Assembly (NCBI GenBank): GCA_963775425.1
Contig: CAVZJB010000003.1
Coordinates: 576,001-640,000 of the forward strand
Origin: an uncultured delta proteobacterium
GTDB taxonomy: Bacteria; Myxococcota; UBA727; VGSZ01
Direction: 5' to 3'
Length of the DNA stretch: 64,000 nucleotides
Shown: in pieces, positions 1 to 10,279 of the stretch
Numbering within the stretch: position 1 is the first letter of the stretch
Layout of the letters: the number at the start of each line of letters is the position of its first letter
Position numbers and translations under genes: made by a program
The notes under the pieces: generated by a model
What the model saw: only the letters and a program-made list of their open reading frames with translations
Databases searched by the model: none
Told to the model about the DNA's origin: nothing

Positions 1-207
1 CTTCAGCGCGGAGAGAAGCTCAAGATCTCCGGCTTCGGCAAGTTCGAGGTGCGGCACAAGAACACGCGCCGCGGGCGAAACCCGCAGACCAACATGGAGC
101 TGCAGATCCCCGCGCACCGCGTCGTCTCGTTCAAGCCCAGCCAGGTGTTGAAGGCCGCCATCGCCGGTGAGCCCACGGCGGGCGTCTCGGACGCTGACCT
201 CGAGTAG
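1..207 (+). CDS. ihfA: Integration host factor alpha subunit / HU-IHF family (5'-truncated by window edge)
   Basis: Frame 1 translated by hand: [30 protein letters not shown]...[15 protein letters not shown] at 205-207. Followed by a MerR gene, as in the usual ihfA-merR synteny. Confidence 0.88.
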   Translation, partial: LQRGEKLKISGFGKFEVRHKNTRRGRNPQTNMELQIPAHRVVSFKPSQVLKAAIAGEPTAGVSDADLE

Positions 208-213
208 CGCCCA

Positions 214-927
214 TTGCCGCTGCCCGTGCTCCCCGAGAAGAAGTACTTCAAGATTGGCGAGGTCGCCGACCTCGTCGGCGTCGAGCCCCACGTCCTGCGC
301 TACTGGGAGACGCAATTCCCGCAGCTCCGCCCGCACAAGGCCAGGAGCGGCCACCGCCTCTACCGCCGCCGCGAGGTGGAGACGCTCCTCGTCATCCGGG
401 AGCTGCTGCACGTTCAGCGCTTCACCATCGCCGGCGCGCGCCAGGCGTTGCGGCAGCCGGGGGGCGCGCTGTCGCTCCTGCCGCGCTTCTTCAACGGGCC
501 GCACGAGCCCTCCTCGTCCGCTGCGTCCGATCCGTCCGCTCCGTCCATCCCACCGATCGTGGAGGCGACCGCTCCGACCACGCTCGTGCCCCACGACGCC
601 ACCGACGCCACCGACCCCGACGGCGCGCCCACCGGGCTCTTCGACGATGACGGCCACGAGCTCGTCTCGCTCGAGGCCGAGGGCCTCGACGGCGCCGCGC
701 TCCGGGAGGCGCTCGAGCGCCAGGCCGCTGAACGGTCGTCGGCGCCGATGGTGGAGGTGGACGTCGAGGGTGTCGACGTGCCCCCCGCCAGGGCCCCGCG
801 GCCGCGCGTCCCGGTGGTCTCGTTGTCGCTCACCCCGCGCAAGCGCAGCCTCCTCGAGGACGCCCTCGGCGACGCCCGCGCCATCCTCGCCGTCCTCGAT
901 CGCGAGGACGCGCGGGCCCATGCCTGA
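214..927 (+). CDS. MerR-family transcriptional regulator with low-complexity C-terminal extension
   Basis: KKYFKIGEVADLVGVEPHVLRYWETQFPQLRP...GHRLYRR...RFTIAGARQAL. Confidence 0.9.
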   Translation: MPLPVLPEKKYFKIGEVADLVGVEPHVLRYWETQFPQLRPHKARSGHRLYRRREVETLLVIRELLHVQRFTIAGARQALRQPGGALSLLPRFFNGPHEPSSSAASDPSAPSIPPIVEATAPTTLVPHDATDATDPDGAPTGLFDDDGHELVSLEAEGLDGAALREALERQAAERSSAPMVEVDVEGVDVPPARAPRPRVPVVSLSLTPRKRSLLEDALGDARAILAVLDREDARAHA

Positions 928-956
928 CGCGTGAACAGTCCTTAGAGTCCCTGCTC

Positions 957-1889
957 GTGACCGCCATGTTCTCCCACCTGCCCGACACCGTGCGCCTCAT
1001 GGAGGTGGGCCCCCGGGACGGTCTGCAAAACGAGAAGGTCGTCGTCGACACGCGCACCAAGATCGCGTTCATCGAGGAGCTCGTCGCCGCCGGCTGCCGT
1101 CGCGTGGAGATCACGGCCTTCGTGAACCCGCGCTGGATCCCGCCGCTCGCCGACCACGCCGAGGTCGCCCGCGGCGTGCGCGCGGCGCGGTCCGCGCCGG
1201 CGGGCGCCGTGTTCGCCGCGCTGGTGCCGAACATCAAGGGCTACGAGAGCGCCGCCGCCGCCGGCCTCGACGAGGTCGCGATCTTCCTCGCGGCGTCGGA
1301 GTCGCACAACCGCAAGAACATCAACTGTGGCACCGAGGAGGCCCTGGCGCGCTACGCCGAGGTCACCGCGCGCGCGCGGGCCGACGGCCGGCCCTTTCGC
1401 GGCTATGTCTCGTGCGCCATGGGCTGCCCCTACGAGGGGGCGGTGCCGGTGAAGGCCGTGGTCGACGTCGCCGAGAAGCTGCTCGCCATGGGGGCGTACG
1501 AGATCTCCATCGGCGACACCATCGGCGTCGGCAACCCGCGCCAGACCGCGGAGCTGGTGCGCGCGCTCAAGGCGTCGGTGCCGCTCGACAAGATCGCGCT
1601 CCACCTGCACGACACCCGCGGCACCGCCCTCGCCAACATCGCGGCCGGGCTCGAGGAAGGGGTGCGCGCCTTCGACTCCGCCGCCGGCGGCCTCGGGGGG
1701 TGTCCTTACGCCCCGGGCGCCTCCGGGAACGTCGCCACCGAGGACCTCGTGTATATGCTCGAGGGGATGGGCGTCCGCACCGGCATCGACCTGAACAAGC
1801 TCGCGCGCATCTCCCTGAAGATGGAGAAGGTGCTCGGGCGCGAGCTGCCCTCCAAGACGCTGGCGGCGATGAGGTCCGCGTGCGCATGA
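957..1889 (+). CDS. hmgL: Hydroxymethylglutaryl-CoA lyase
   Basis: EVGPRDGLQNE, LHLHDTRG and GGLGGCPYAPGASGNVATED motifs; alternative start ATG 966. Confidence 0.93.
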   Translation: MTAMFSHLPDTVRLMEVGPRDGLQNEKVVVDTRTKIAFIEELVAAGCRRVEITAFVNPRWIPPLADHAEVARGVRAARSAPAGAVFAALVPNIKGYESAAAAGLDEVAIFLAASESHNRKNINCGTEEALARYAEVTARARADGRPFRGYVSCAMGCPYEGAVPVKAVVDVAEKLLAMGAYEISIGDTIGVGNPRQTAELVRALKASVPLDKIALHLHDTRGTALANIAAGLEEGVRAFDSAAGGLGGCPYAPGASGNVATEDLVYMLEGMGVRTGIDLNKLARISLKMEKVLGRELPSKTLAAMRSACA

Positions 1890-2815
1890 GCCCCGCGCAC
1901 CTGGCCGCGCTCTGCCCCGCGCTCCTGGCGGGGGCGCTCCTGGGCGGGCTCCCCGCGTGCCACGCCAGCCGCACCTTGCCCGTGCGCAAGGTGCTCGTCG
2001 ACGTCGAGCCCGCCGCCGTGGGCGTCGATCGTGAGCAGGTGCGCGCGGTGGTGAACGAGACGTTGAAGCGGGCCCGCGGCATCGAGGTGGTCCCCGAGGC
2101 GGGCCACGACGACGCCGCCGTGCTGCGCGTGCGGGTGGAGGGCTACGGCCCGCAGACCGGCCAGGGCGGCGGCGGCGGCGACGCCGACCACGGCCCCGCC
2201 AAGACCACGCTCGCGCTCGCGGTGGAGCTGACGTCGGTGCCGGGTGACACCGGCGAGCTGCGCGGCCACGCGCTCGCCTCCGGCGTCGGCGTCGTGGACG
2301 CCCGGGACCTCGTCGGGCAGGCCCTGCGCGACGCGCTGGCGCAGGTGCTCATGACGCGCAACGCGAGCGAATTGAAGAGCGCCGAGCTCATCGGCTGGCT
2401 CGGCGACGACAGCCACACCGACGATCAAAAGGCGCGCGCCATCCGCATCCTCGGGTCGCGGCGCGAGCGCACGGCGGTGGCGGCGGTGGCGAAGGTGCTG
2501 GTGTCGCGGGACCGGGAGCTGGCGCCGCTGGCGCTGGCGGCGCTCACCAACATCGGCGACCCCGGCGCCGTCGACGCCGTCATCGCCTACTCGGACCGCC
2601 AGCCCTCCGTCGTGAAGAAGCAGTGCATCGAGGCGGTGCGCAGCATGGGCTCGGAGCGCGCCAAGCCCTGGCTGTTCACGCTGTCGACCGGCTCCCCCGA
2701 CCTCGACGTGCAGGAGTACGCCGGCGCCGCGCTGGCGGCGCTCGAGGCGCAGAAGGTGTCCCTGCCGGCGGTGGCCAACGTCGAGCAGAAGCCGGGCAAC
2801 CAAGCGACGCCGTAG
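1886..2815 (+). CDS. HEAT-repeat lipoprotein
   Basis: ATGA overlap with upstream stop; signal peptide with lipobox LPAC; C-terminal helical repeats (RAIRILG, ALAALTNIGDP, IEAVRSMG). Confidence 0.7.
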   Translation: MSPAHLAALCPALLAGALLGGLPACHASRTLPVRKVLVDVEPAAVGVDREQVRAVVNETLKRARGIEVVPEAGHDDAAVLRVRVEGYGPQTGQGGGGGDADHGPAKTTLALAVELTSVPGDTGELRGHALASGVGVVDARDLVGQALRDALAQVLMTRNASELKSAELIGWLGDDSHTDDQKARAIRILGSRRERTAVAAVAKVLVSRDRELAPLALAALTNIGDPGAVDAVIAYSDRQPSVVKKQCIEAVRSMGSERAKPWLFTLSTGSPDLDVQEYAGAALAALEAQKVSLPAVANVEQKPGNQATP

Positions 2816-2866
2816 CGCCGCGCTTGCGTTGCCCGGGGTGCCGGCCGACGCTATCGCTCGGCAACC

Positions 2867-4234
<1,368 letters not shown>

Positions 4235-4259
4235 GCTCCCCGGTCCGCTACCGCGGCGC

Positions 4260-4291
4260 CGCGTCCTGCAACGGTGCCGTCGCATCCTGCG
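4260..4291. promoter_or_regulatory. Putative tandem EBP enhancer (CGCA-N3-TGCG-like boxes 21 bp apart)
   Basis: CGCGTCCTGCA at 4260-4270 and CGCATCCTGCG at 4281-4291; same motif and geometry as 7052-7083. Confidence 0.65.
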
Positions 4292-4334
4292 CCCCCAGCG
4301 CCCCCGCCCGGGCCGCGCCACGCGGCCCAGGCGC

Positions 4335-4350
4335 GGGCATGGGCCGTGCT
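4335..4350 (+). promoter_or_regulatory. Putative sigma54 -24/-12 promoter of the pal-like gene
   Basis: GGGCAT-GGGCC-GTGCT (GG-N10-GC), followed by SD AGGAGG and ATG 4376. Confidence 0.65.
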
Positions 4351-4375
4351 TCGTGAGCGCCCAGGAGGTGACGCC

Positions 4376-4915
4376 ATGAGGACGACGGCGGTGGCGGCGG
4401 CGGCTCTAGGAGCCGCGGCGCTCGTGAGTGAGATGGTTCTGGGTGTGGGTTGCGCGACCGCGGCCCGGGGGTCGGCGCCGGCGCCGGAGACGACGCACCT
4501 GTCGCCGCCCCCCGCACCGGCCGTCGCTCAGGCGCCGCGGGCTCCAGCGCCCGCCGCCGCCGCCGTCCCCGGCGCGGCGCCCGTGTATTTCTCCCTCGAC
4601 TCGTCGGACTTCGGCGACGACGAGGCCACCCGCGAGCGCCTGTCGGCGTTGGCGGCGTACCTCCTCGCGACGCCGCAGGCGCGCCTGGTGGTCGAGGGGC
4701 ACACGGACGAGCGAGGCACCTCCGAGTACAACCTGGCGCTCGGCGACCGCCGCGCGCGGGCCGTGGCCACGTACCTGCGGCACCTCGGCGTGCCCGAGAC
4801 GCAGGTCGCCCTCGTCACGTACGGCAAGGAGCACCCCGCCGCCGCCGGCCACGACGAAGACGCGTGGCAGAGGAACCGCCGTGACGAGCTCAAGCTGAGC
4901 CCGCCGAGCAGTTGA
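4376..4915 (+). CDS. Peptidoglycan-associated (Pal/OmpA-family) lipoprotein
   Basis: SD AGGAGGT; lipobox-like GVGC; VYFSLDS, VEGHTDERGTSEYNLALGDRRA, YGKEHP, WQRNRR. Confidence 0.88.
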   Translation: MRTTAVAAAALGAAALVSEMVLGVGCATAARGSAPAPETTHLSPPPAPAVAQAPRAPAPAAAAVPGAAPVYFSLDSSDFGDDEATRERLSALAAYLLATPQARLVVEGHTDERGTSEYNLALGDRRARAVATYLRHLGVPETQVALVTYGKEHPAAAGHDEDAWQRNRRDELKLSPPSS

Positions 4916-4921
4916 CCCTGG

Positions 4922-7000
4922 ATGCGCGCGCTGCCCGGTTCCCTGCGGCTGGTCCTCGTCGTCGTCGCGGCGGCGTGGGCCGCCGCGCTCGCGCTTGACG
5001 CCGCCTGGTACAGCGGGCGCAGCGACGACGTCACGCGCGCGTTCGCCGAGCACCGGCTCCGCCAGCTCGAGGACGTCGCCGACGGGGTCGCCGATCGCTT
5101 GAGCGACGTCGGCGACGACCTCGCCTTCGCCGGCCGCCTGATCCAGACCGCCGACGACGCCACCAACCGCACCCACGAGCTCCGCGCGCTGATCGCGGTG
5201 GTACGGGAGTACCGGCTCATCGAGGTGTTCGGCGCCGACGGGCAACGCGAGCTGGTGGTGGCCGACCCTCGCGCCGACGTCGACGCGTCTGTTTTCGACG
5301 AGGTCGTCCGCTCCACGGCCGCGAGCGCGGCGCTCGATCCGGGAGCCCTCGTGAGCTCCCCTCGCTTCGCGGGCGACGTCGGCGGCAGCCTGCGCGTGTT
5401 CGCGCGCTCGCTGCCGCCCAGCCAGCCCGGGGAGGCCGCCGTGACGCTGGCCGTGCTCGTCGACATGGGGCCGCTGTTGTCGTCGACGCGCCTCGTCGAG
5501 AGCAACGAAGAGCTCGGCGTGGTGTTGACGGGCGGACACGGGCGGCCGTTTTCGTCCACGGACCCGAGCATCGCCTCGCTCCTCGACTCGCCCGTCGCGC
5601 TGCAGGGCGCCCCCGGCCTCGCCACGCTCGCGCGCGACATGCGCGCGGGCAAGCGTGGGGTCATCGAGCTGCCGCCCGCGGAGGACGTCATCAAGCGCCG
5701 CGCCTCGGCGGCCGAGGAGCACGAGGCGACGCTGGCCGCGTACGTGCCGATCGCCGTGTCCGACCTCGAGCATTGGTCGCTCGCGAGCATCGGCACCGCC
5801 CGGGGCCGCGCGGTGTCGCAGCGGGCGTTGGTGCTGCAGGCGGCGCTGGCCGCGGGCGGCGCGTCGGTGCTGGCGTCGCTGGCGTCGGCGGCGTTGGTGC
5901 TCGGGGCGCGCCGCGCGGAGCGGCTGCGCGACGAGCTGAAGAGCGCCGTGGAGCTCGCGCACTTGAACGAGCTGAACAAGCGCATCCTCGACACCATCCC
6001 GACAGGCGTGTGCGTGCTCGTCGCCGACGGCACCATCGCCGGCGCCAACACCGCCATCCGCGACCGCGCCGGCGCGTCGCTCGAGGGGCGCGGCCTCGAC
6101 GCGTTCATCGGCGGCGACGACGCGGCGGCGGTGCAGGCGCTGGTGGCGGAGACGCTGGCGACGCAGCAGCCGCGCTCGATGGTGGCGGCGCGCGTGACCA
6201 TGTTCGGCGAGCCGGCGCAGGCGAACGTGCACTGCGTGCCCATCCGCCCGCCGCTTGAGTCGGCGGCCGCGATCCTCGTCGTCGAGGACGTCACGCGGCT
6301 GAGGTCCCTCGAGGATCAACTCATGCGCGCGGAGAAGCTCGCGACCATCGGCGTCCTGGCGGCGGGCGTGGCCCACGAGATCGGCACGCCGCTCGGGGTC
6401 ATCCGGGGCCGCGCCGAGTACGTGCGCGGCAAGCTCGGCGAGGGTCACCCGCAAAGCGACGGCCTCGCGGTGATCGTCGAGCAGATCGATCGCATCTCGC
6501 GCACCATCCGCGAGCTGCTCGACTTCGCGCGCGAGCGTCCGAAGAGCGCGGCGTCGGTGGATCTCGAGACCGTCGCTTCGCGGGCCGTGGAGCTCCTGCG
6601 CTTCGAGGCCGAGCGGAAGAAGGTGTCGCTCGACGTCGACATCGCGGCCGCGCTGCCGCCCGTCCTCGCGGACGCCGACGAGCTGCAACAGGTGGTGCTG
6701 AACCTGCTGCTGAACGGCATCGACGCCACGCGCGCCGGCGGCCGCGTGGCGCTGCGGGTGGAGCGCGACGAGGGCGCGGTGCTCCTGCATGTGGTCGACG
6801 ACGGGTGCGGCATCCCGGTGGCGTTGCAGCACCGCATCTTCGACCCGTTCTACACGACGAAGAAGCGCGGTCAGGGCACGGGGCTCGGGCTCACGGTGGT
6901 GGCCCAGATCGTCCAGAGCCACGGCGCCGCCCTCGAGATCGACAGCGCCCCCGGCCGCGGGAGCCGCTTCACCGTCCGCTGGAAGAGCGCCGCGGCGTGA
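4922..7000 (+). CDS. Membrane sensor histidine kinase (periplasmic sensor, PAS, HisKA, HATPase)
   Basis: Two TM segments; H-box AGVAHEIGTPL; LNLLLNGIDA, DDGCGI, FDPFYTTK, GTGLGL. Confidence 0.95.
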   Translation: MRALPGSLRLVLVVVAAAWAAALALDAAWYSGRSDDVTRAFAEHRLRQLEDVADGVADRLSDVGDDLAFAGRLIQTADDATNRTHELRALIAVVREYRLIEVFGADGQRELVVADPRADVDASVFDEVVRSTAASAALDPGALVSSPRFAGDVGGSLRVFARSLPPSQPGEAAVTLAVLVDMGPLLSSTRLVESNEELGVVLTGGHGRPFSSTDPSIASLLDSPVALQGAPGLATLARDMRAGKRGVIELPPAEDVIKRRASAAEEHEATLAAYVPIAVSDLEHWSLASIGTARGRAVSQRALVLQAALAAGGASVLASLASAALVLGARRAERLRDELKSAVELAHLNELNKRILDTIPTGVCVLVADGTIAGANTAIRDRAGASLEGRGLDAFIGGDDAAAVQALVAETLATQQPRSMVAARVTMFGEPAQANVHCVPIRPPLESAAAILVVEDVTRLRSLEDQLMRAEKLATIGVLAAGVAHEIGTPLGVIRGRAEYVRGKLGEGHPQSDGLAVIVEQIDRISRTIRELLDFARERPKSAASVDLETVASRAVELLRFEAERKKVSLDVDIAAALPPVLADADELQQVVLNLLLNGIDATRAGGRVALRVERDEGAVLLHVVDDGCGIPVALQHRIFDPFYTTKKRGQGTGLGLTVVAQIVQSHGAALEIDSAPGRGSRFTVRWKSAAA

Positions 7001-7051
7001 GCTCCCTGCGGCGCTCTCGCCGCCGACGGAGATCGTGAACGACGAGGGCGC

Positions 7052-7083
7052 CGCAGATTGCGTCGTCGCCGCCGCAGGTTGCG
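7052..7083. promoter_or_regulatory. Putative tandem EBP enhancer (2x CGCA-N3-TGCG, 21 bp apart)
   Basis: CGCAGATTGCG at 7052-7062 and CGCAGGTTGCG at 7073-7083. Confidence 0.7.
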
Positions 7084-7126
7084 CCGCCGGTGCGGCGCCG
7101 CCGGCGAGGGGCGGGGCCGCCGGGCT

Positions 7127-7142
7127 TGGCTCGGGGGGTGCA
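7127..7142 (+). promoter_or_regulatory. Putative sigma54 -24/-12 promoter
   Basis: TGGCTC-GGGGG-GTGCA; predicted +1 near 7153, next to ATG 7155. Confidence 0.7.
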
Positions 7143-7154
7143 TTGCCGGCGGGC

Positions 7155-7913
7155 ATGACCCTCGAGACCAAGACCATCCTCCTGTGTGATAGCCGCGCGC
7201 CGTGGTGGCGGAAGGTCGCGCGCGCGGCGTCGGCGGCGGGCGCCCGCGTGCTGCGCGCCGGCGACGGATCCGAGGCGCTGGAGATCCTCGCGGAGCAGCC
7301 CGTCGACCTCCTCATCGGCGAGGAGGAGGTCGCGCGCTATCCGCTCATGCACGTGGTCGCGGCCGCGCGGCTGTGCGGCGTCTCGGTCCCGGTCGTCGTC
7401 GTCGTGGCCGGCGAGCCGAGCCCGGCGATGCGCGCGCTCGCCCGGCTCGCGGGCGGCATCGAGCCCGCGCCCGCGGGCGCCGCCGTGGCGCACGCGCTCT
7501 CGATCCTGCGCGGCGCGGCGCCCACGCCCCGCATCCTCGTCGCCGACGACGACGGCGGCATGCGCGACTTCCTCGCCGACGCGTTCACGGACGCCGGCTT
7601 CGACGTCCTCGAGGCCGAAGACGGCGACGAGGCCGTCGCGCTCGCGCAGCACTTCGAGCACGCGCGGCCCGGCGGCACCGGGATCGACCTCGTCGTCAGC
7701 GACATGTGGATGCCCAAGCGCGACGGGCTCGAGGTGCTCGCGGGCGTGCACGCCATCCGCGGCGCCGTCCCCGTCATCCTCATCAGCGCGTTCGCCACCG
7801 AAGACGTGCGCCGCGCCGGGGAAGGCGCCGGCGCCCACGCCGTCGTCGCCAAGCCCTTCGACCTCGCGCGCCTGTGTGCCCTCGCGCGCGACGCCGCCGG
7901 CCTGGCCGCCTGA
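7155..7913 (+). CDS. Tandem receiver-domain protein (degenerate REC + canonical REC), no output domain
   Basis: First REC lacks the phospho-Asp (LLIGEEE); second has ILVADDD, VSDMWMP, ISAF, AKPF. Confidence 0.8.
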   Translation: MTLETKTILLCDSRAPWWRKVARAASAAGARVLRAGDGSEALEILAEQPVDLLIGEEEVARYPLMHVVAAARLCGVSVPVVVVVAGEPSPAMRALARLAGGIEPAPAGAAVAHALSILRGAAPTPRILVADDDGGMRDFLADAFTDAGFDVLEAEDGDEAVALAQHFEHARPGGTGIDLVVSDMWMPKRDGLEVLAGVHAIRGAVPVILISAFATEDVRRAGEGAGAHAVVAKPFDLARLCALARDAAGLAA

Positions 7914-7957
7914 GCCGCGTTTTCGTCGTGGCGGAGCAGGCGTGGTATGTCGTGCGC

Positions 7958-8602
7958 ATGTCGCGTCGCTCGCCCTCTTCGTCCCCGCTCGTCGCCACGC
8001 CCGCCGTCGCGCTCGCCGTCGCCGCCCTCGGCCTCGCGGCGGGCTGGGGCTGCGCCACCGGGCCGCAGGCCAACGACAGCACCGCCCTGCGGGCGCGCGA
8101 CTACTATCCGCTCGCCGTCGGCAACACCTGGGAGTACCGGGTGACCCCCGCGCCGCCCGACGCGCCCAACGGACAGGTGAAGATCCTCGACAAGGACGCG
8201 CACGGGTACTTCGTCGACAACCACGGCAGCAAGCTCGCCCCGCGCACCGACGGTGTGTTCGACGGCGAGCGCTTCCTGCTGCAGGAGCCCGTGGAGGAGG
8301 GCCACGAGTGGATCGCGGTGCCCAGGGACCAGCCCTCCGTCGTCGAGCATTACAAGATCACGGCCGTGGGGACGCGCGCGCACGTCCCCGCCGGCAACTT
8401 CGACGGCTGCGTCGAGGTCGAGGCCAAACAGGACGCCAAGAACCCCAAGACCGGCGAGCGCGCCGAGCTCAAGATGACGTGGACCTACGCGCCGGGCGTC
8501 GGCCTCGTGAAGGCGGTGCAGGTCGTCAAGCCGGACCAGCAGCCGCCGCGCACCACGATGACCATGGAGCTCGTGCGCTTCGAGGTGAAGCCCGCCACGT
8601 GA
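7958..8602 (+). CDS. Putative lipoprotein
   Basis: Hydrophobic signal + GWGC; DYYPLAVGNTWEY, VPAGNFDGC, YAPGVGLVK motifs of a beta-rich secreted family. Confidence 0.75.
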   Translation: MSRRSPSSSPLVATPAVALAVAALGLAAGWGCATGPQANDSTALRARDYYPLAVGNTWEYRVTPAPPDAPNGQVKILDKDAHGYFVDNHGSKLAPRTDGVFDGERFLLQEPVEEGHEWIAVPRDQPSVVEHYKITAVGTRAHVPAGNFDGCVEVEAKQDAKNPKTGERAELKMTWTYAPGVGLVKAVQVVKPDQQPPRTTMTMELVRFEVKPAT

Positions 8603-8633
8603 CAGCGCGCGCACGACCTGACGCGGGGCGGCC

Positions 8634-10088
8634 ATGAGCAAGCTCGACGAGGCGCGCGAGGTCGCGACGTTCGGCCTCGAGCTCGCGCAGGCCTACCGGC
8701 GGACGCACGCGCTGCGCTCCAGGATCCGCGAGCTGCAGCACCGGCGGCTCCGCGCGGTGCTCGACGCCGCGGCGCGCACCCGCCTTCACGCCGGCCGCGT
8801 CGAGGGCGGCGGCGGCCTGACCGGCCTCAGGCCGGTGACCAAGGCGGAGCTGCTCGACCGCCTCGAGGACACCGTCGTCGATCGCGAGCTCACGCGCGCG
8901 CGCCTGCTGACGTTCGTGAACGGCGGCGGCGAGCCCGGCGCGCTCCTGCTCGGCAAGTACATCGCGGCCACGACGTCGGGGACCACCGGGCAGGTGGGCG
9001 TGTTCGTCGACGACCTCGACGGTTGGGCGCGGCAGCGGGCCGTGGTGTTCGCGCGCATGTTCCAGGGCCTGTTGACGGCGGAGGGCTTCGCGCTGCTCGC
9101 CCGTCGGCGCTATCGCCTCGCGTTCGTCGTCGCCAACACCGGCCACACGCTCACGTCCATCCTCGCCACGCGCTTGCCCAAGGTGGGCAAGGCGTTCGCG
9201 CGTTCGGCGGTGTTGTCCATCGACGCCCCCCTGACGACGCTGGTCGAGCAGCTCAACGCCTACCAGCCGATGCTCGTGCATACGTACCCCACCTTCCTCG
9301 AGGTGCTGGCGCGCGAGAAGAAGCTCGGCCGCCTGCGCATCGATCCCGAGATCCTCACGGCGGGGAGCGAGCCGACGTCGCAGGCGTGCCGCGAGGCGGT
9401 GCGCGAGGCGTTTCCCGCGGCGCGCTTCGTCGAGACGTACGCGGCCACCGAGTGCCTGGCCATGGCCACCGCGTGTCCGCACGGCACGCTCCACGTCAAC
9501 GAGGACGCGTGCATCCTCGAGCCCGTCGACGACGACATGCGTCCGGTGCCGCTCGGCCGCACGGCGTCCCGGGTCCTGGTGACCAACCTCGTGAACGTCA
9601 CGCAGCCGCTGTTGCGCTACGAGCTCACCGACAGCATCGAGCTCGACGACGCCCCGTGCCCGTGCGGCTCACCCTTCCTGCGCGCCGTCGTCCACGGCCG
9701 CACCGACGACACGTTCTTCCTCGTCGACGGCGCCGGCCGCGCGCAGGTCCACCCGCCCATCCCGCTCGAGTGCGCGCTCCTCGGCCTGCGCGGCCTCTTG
9801 CAGTACCAACTGGTCCACGAGCGCCAAAACCGCCTCCGCCTCGGCTTCGTCGCCGACCCGGGCGCGCCGGCGCACGCAGTCGCCGCCGGCCTCGAGGAGC
9901 GCCTGATGCGCTACCTCGACGAGCACGGCCTGCTGAGCGAGGTGAGCTTCGTGGTCGAGCAGGTGGACGGCATCGAGCGCCACGCGCGCAGCAAGAAGCT
10001 CCGCCAGATCACCTCGCGCGTCCCCAAGCCGGGCGCGCGGGTGGTGCTTCCGGCGAGCGAGGCGCGCCGGGCCGCACGACCTCGCTAG
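8634..10088 (+). CDS. Phenylacetate-CoA ligase (PaaK)-like adenylate-forming enzyme
   Basis: TTSGTTG, ETYAATE, LHVNED, LVTNL...PLLRYELTD, VHGRTDD. Confidence 0.85.
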   Translation: MSKLDEAREVATFGLELAQAYRRTHALRSRIRELQHRRLRAVLDAAARTRLHAGRVEGGGGLTGLRPVTKAELLDRLEDTVVDRELTRARLLTFVNGGGEPGALLLGKYIAATTSGTTGQVGVFVDDLDGWARQRAVVFARMFQGLLTAEGFALLARRRYRLAFVVANTGHTLTSILATRLPKVGKAFARSAVLSIDAPLTTLVEQLNAYQPMLVHTYPTFLEVLAREKKLGRLRIDPEILTAGSEPTSQACREAVREAFPAARFVETYAATECLAMATACPHGTLHVNEDACILEPVDDDMRPVPLGRTASRVLVTNLVNVTQPLLRYELTDSIELDDAPCPCGSPFLRAVVHGRTDDTFFLVDGAGRAQVHPPIPLECALLGLRGLLQYQLVHERQNRLRLGFVADPGAPAHAVAAGLEERLMRYLDEHGLLSEVSFVVEQVDGIERHARSKKLRQITSRVPKPGARVVLPASEARRAARPR

Positions 10089-10279
10089 GAACACCGAGTC
10101 AGGTCGCCGCGAGCGCTCGGACGCGGCTCAGCGTGATGGGCGAGCGGGGAGCGGTCACGTGTACGGCAAGCGTGTACGGCTGGCGCGTGCGGCGCACGTG
10201 CGCGGTCACGGGGAGGGACGGCACCGACCGCGACGCCGGCGGGACGGCGCTCGATTCGACCGGTTCGGCGTTCCCGGGG

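Noticed and set aside
10089-10279. Short direct repeat (CGTGTACGGC x2) in a convergent intergenic gap as an ncRNA or element
   Set aside because: Too short, and no convincing structure or second locus.
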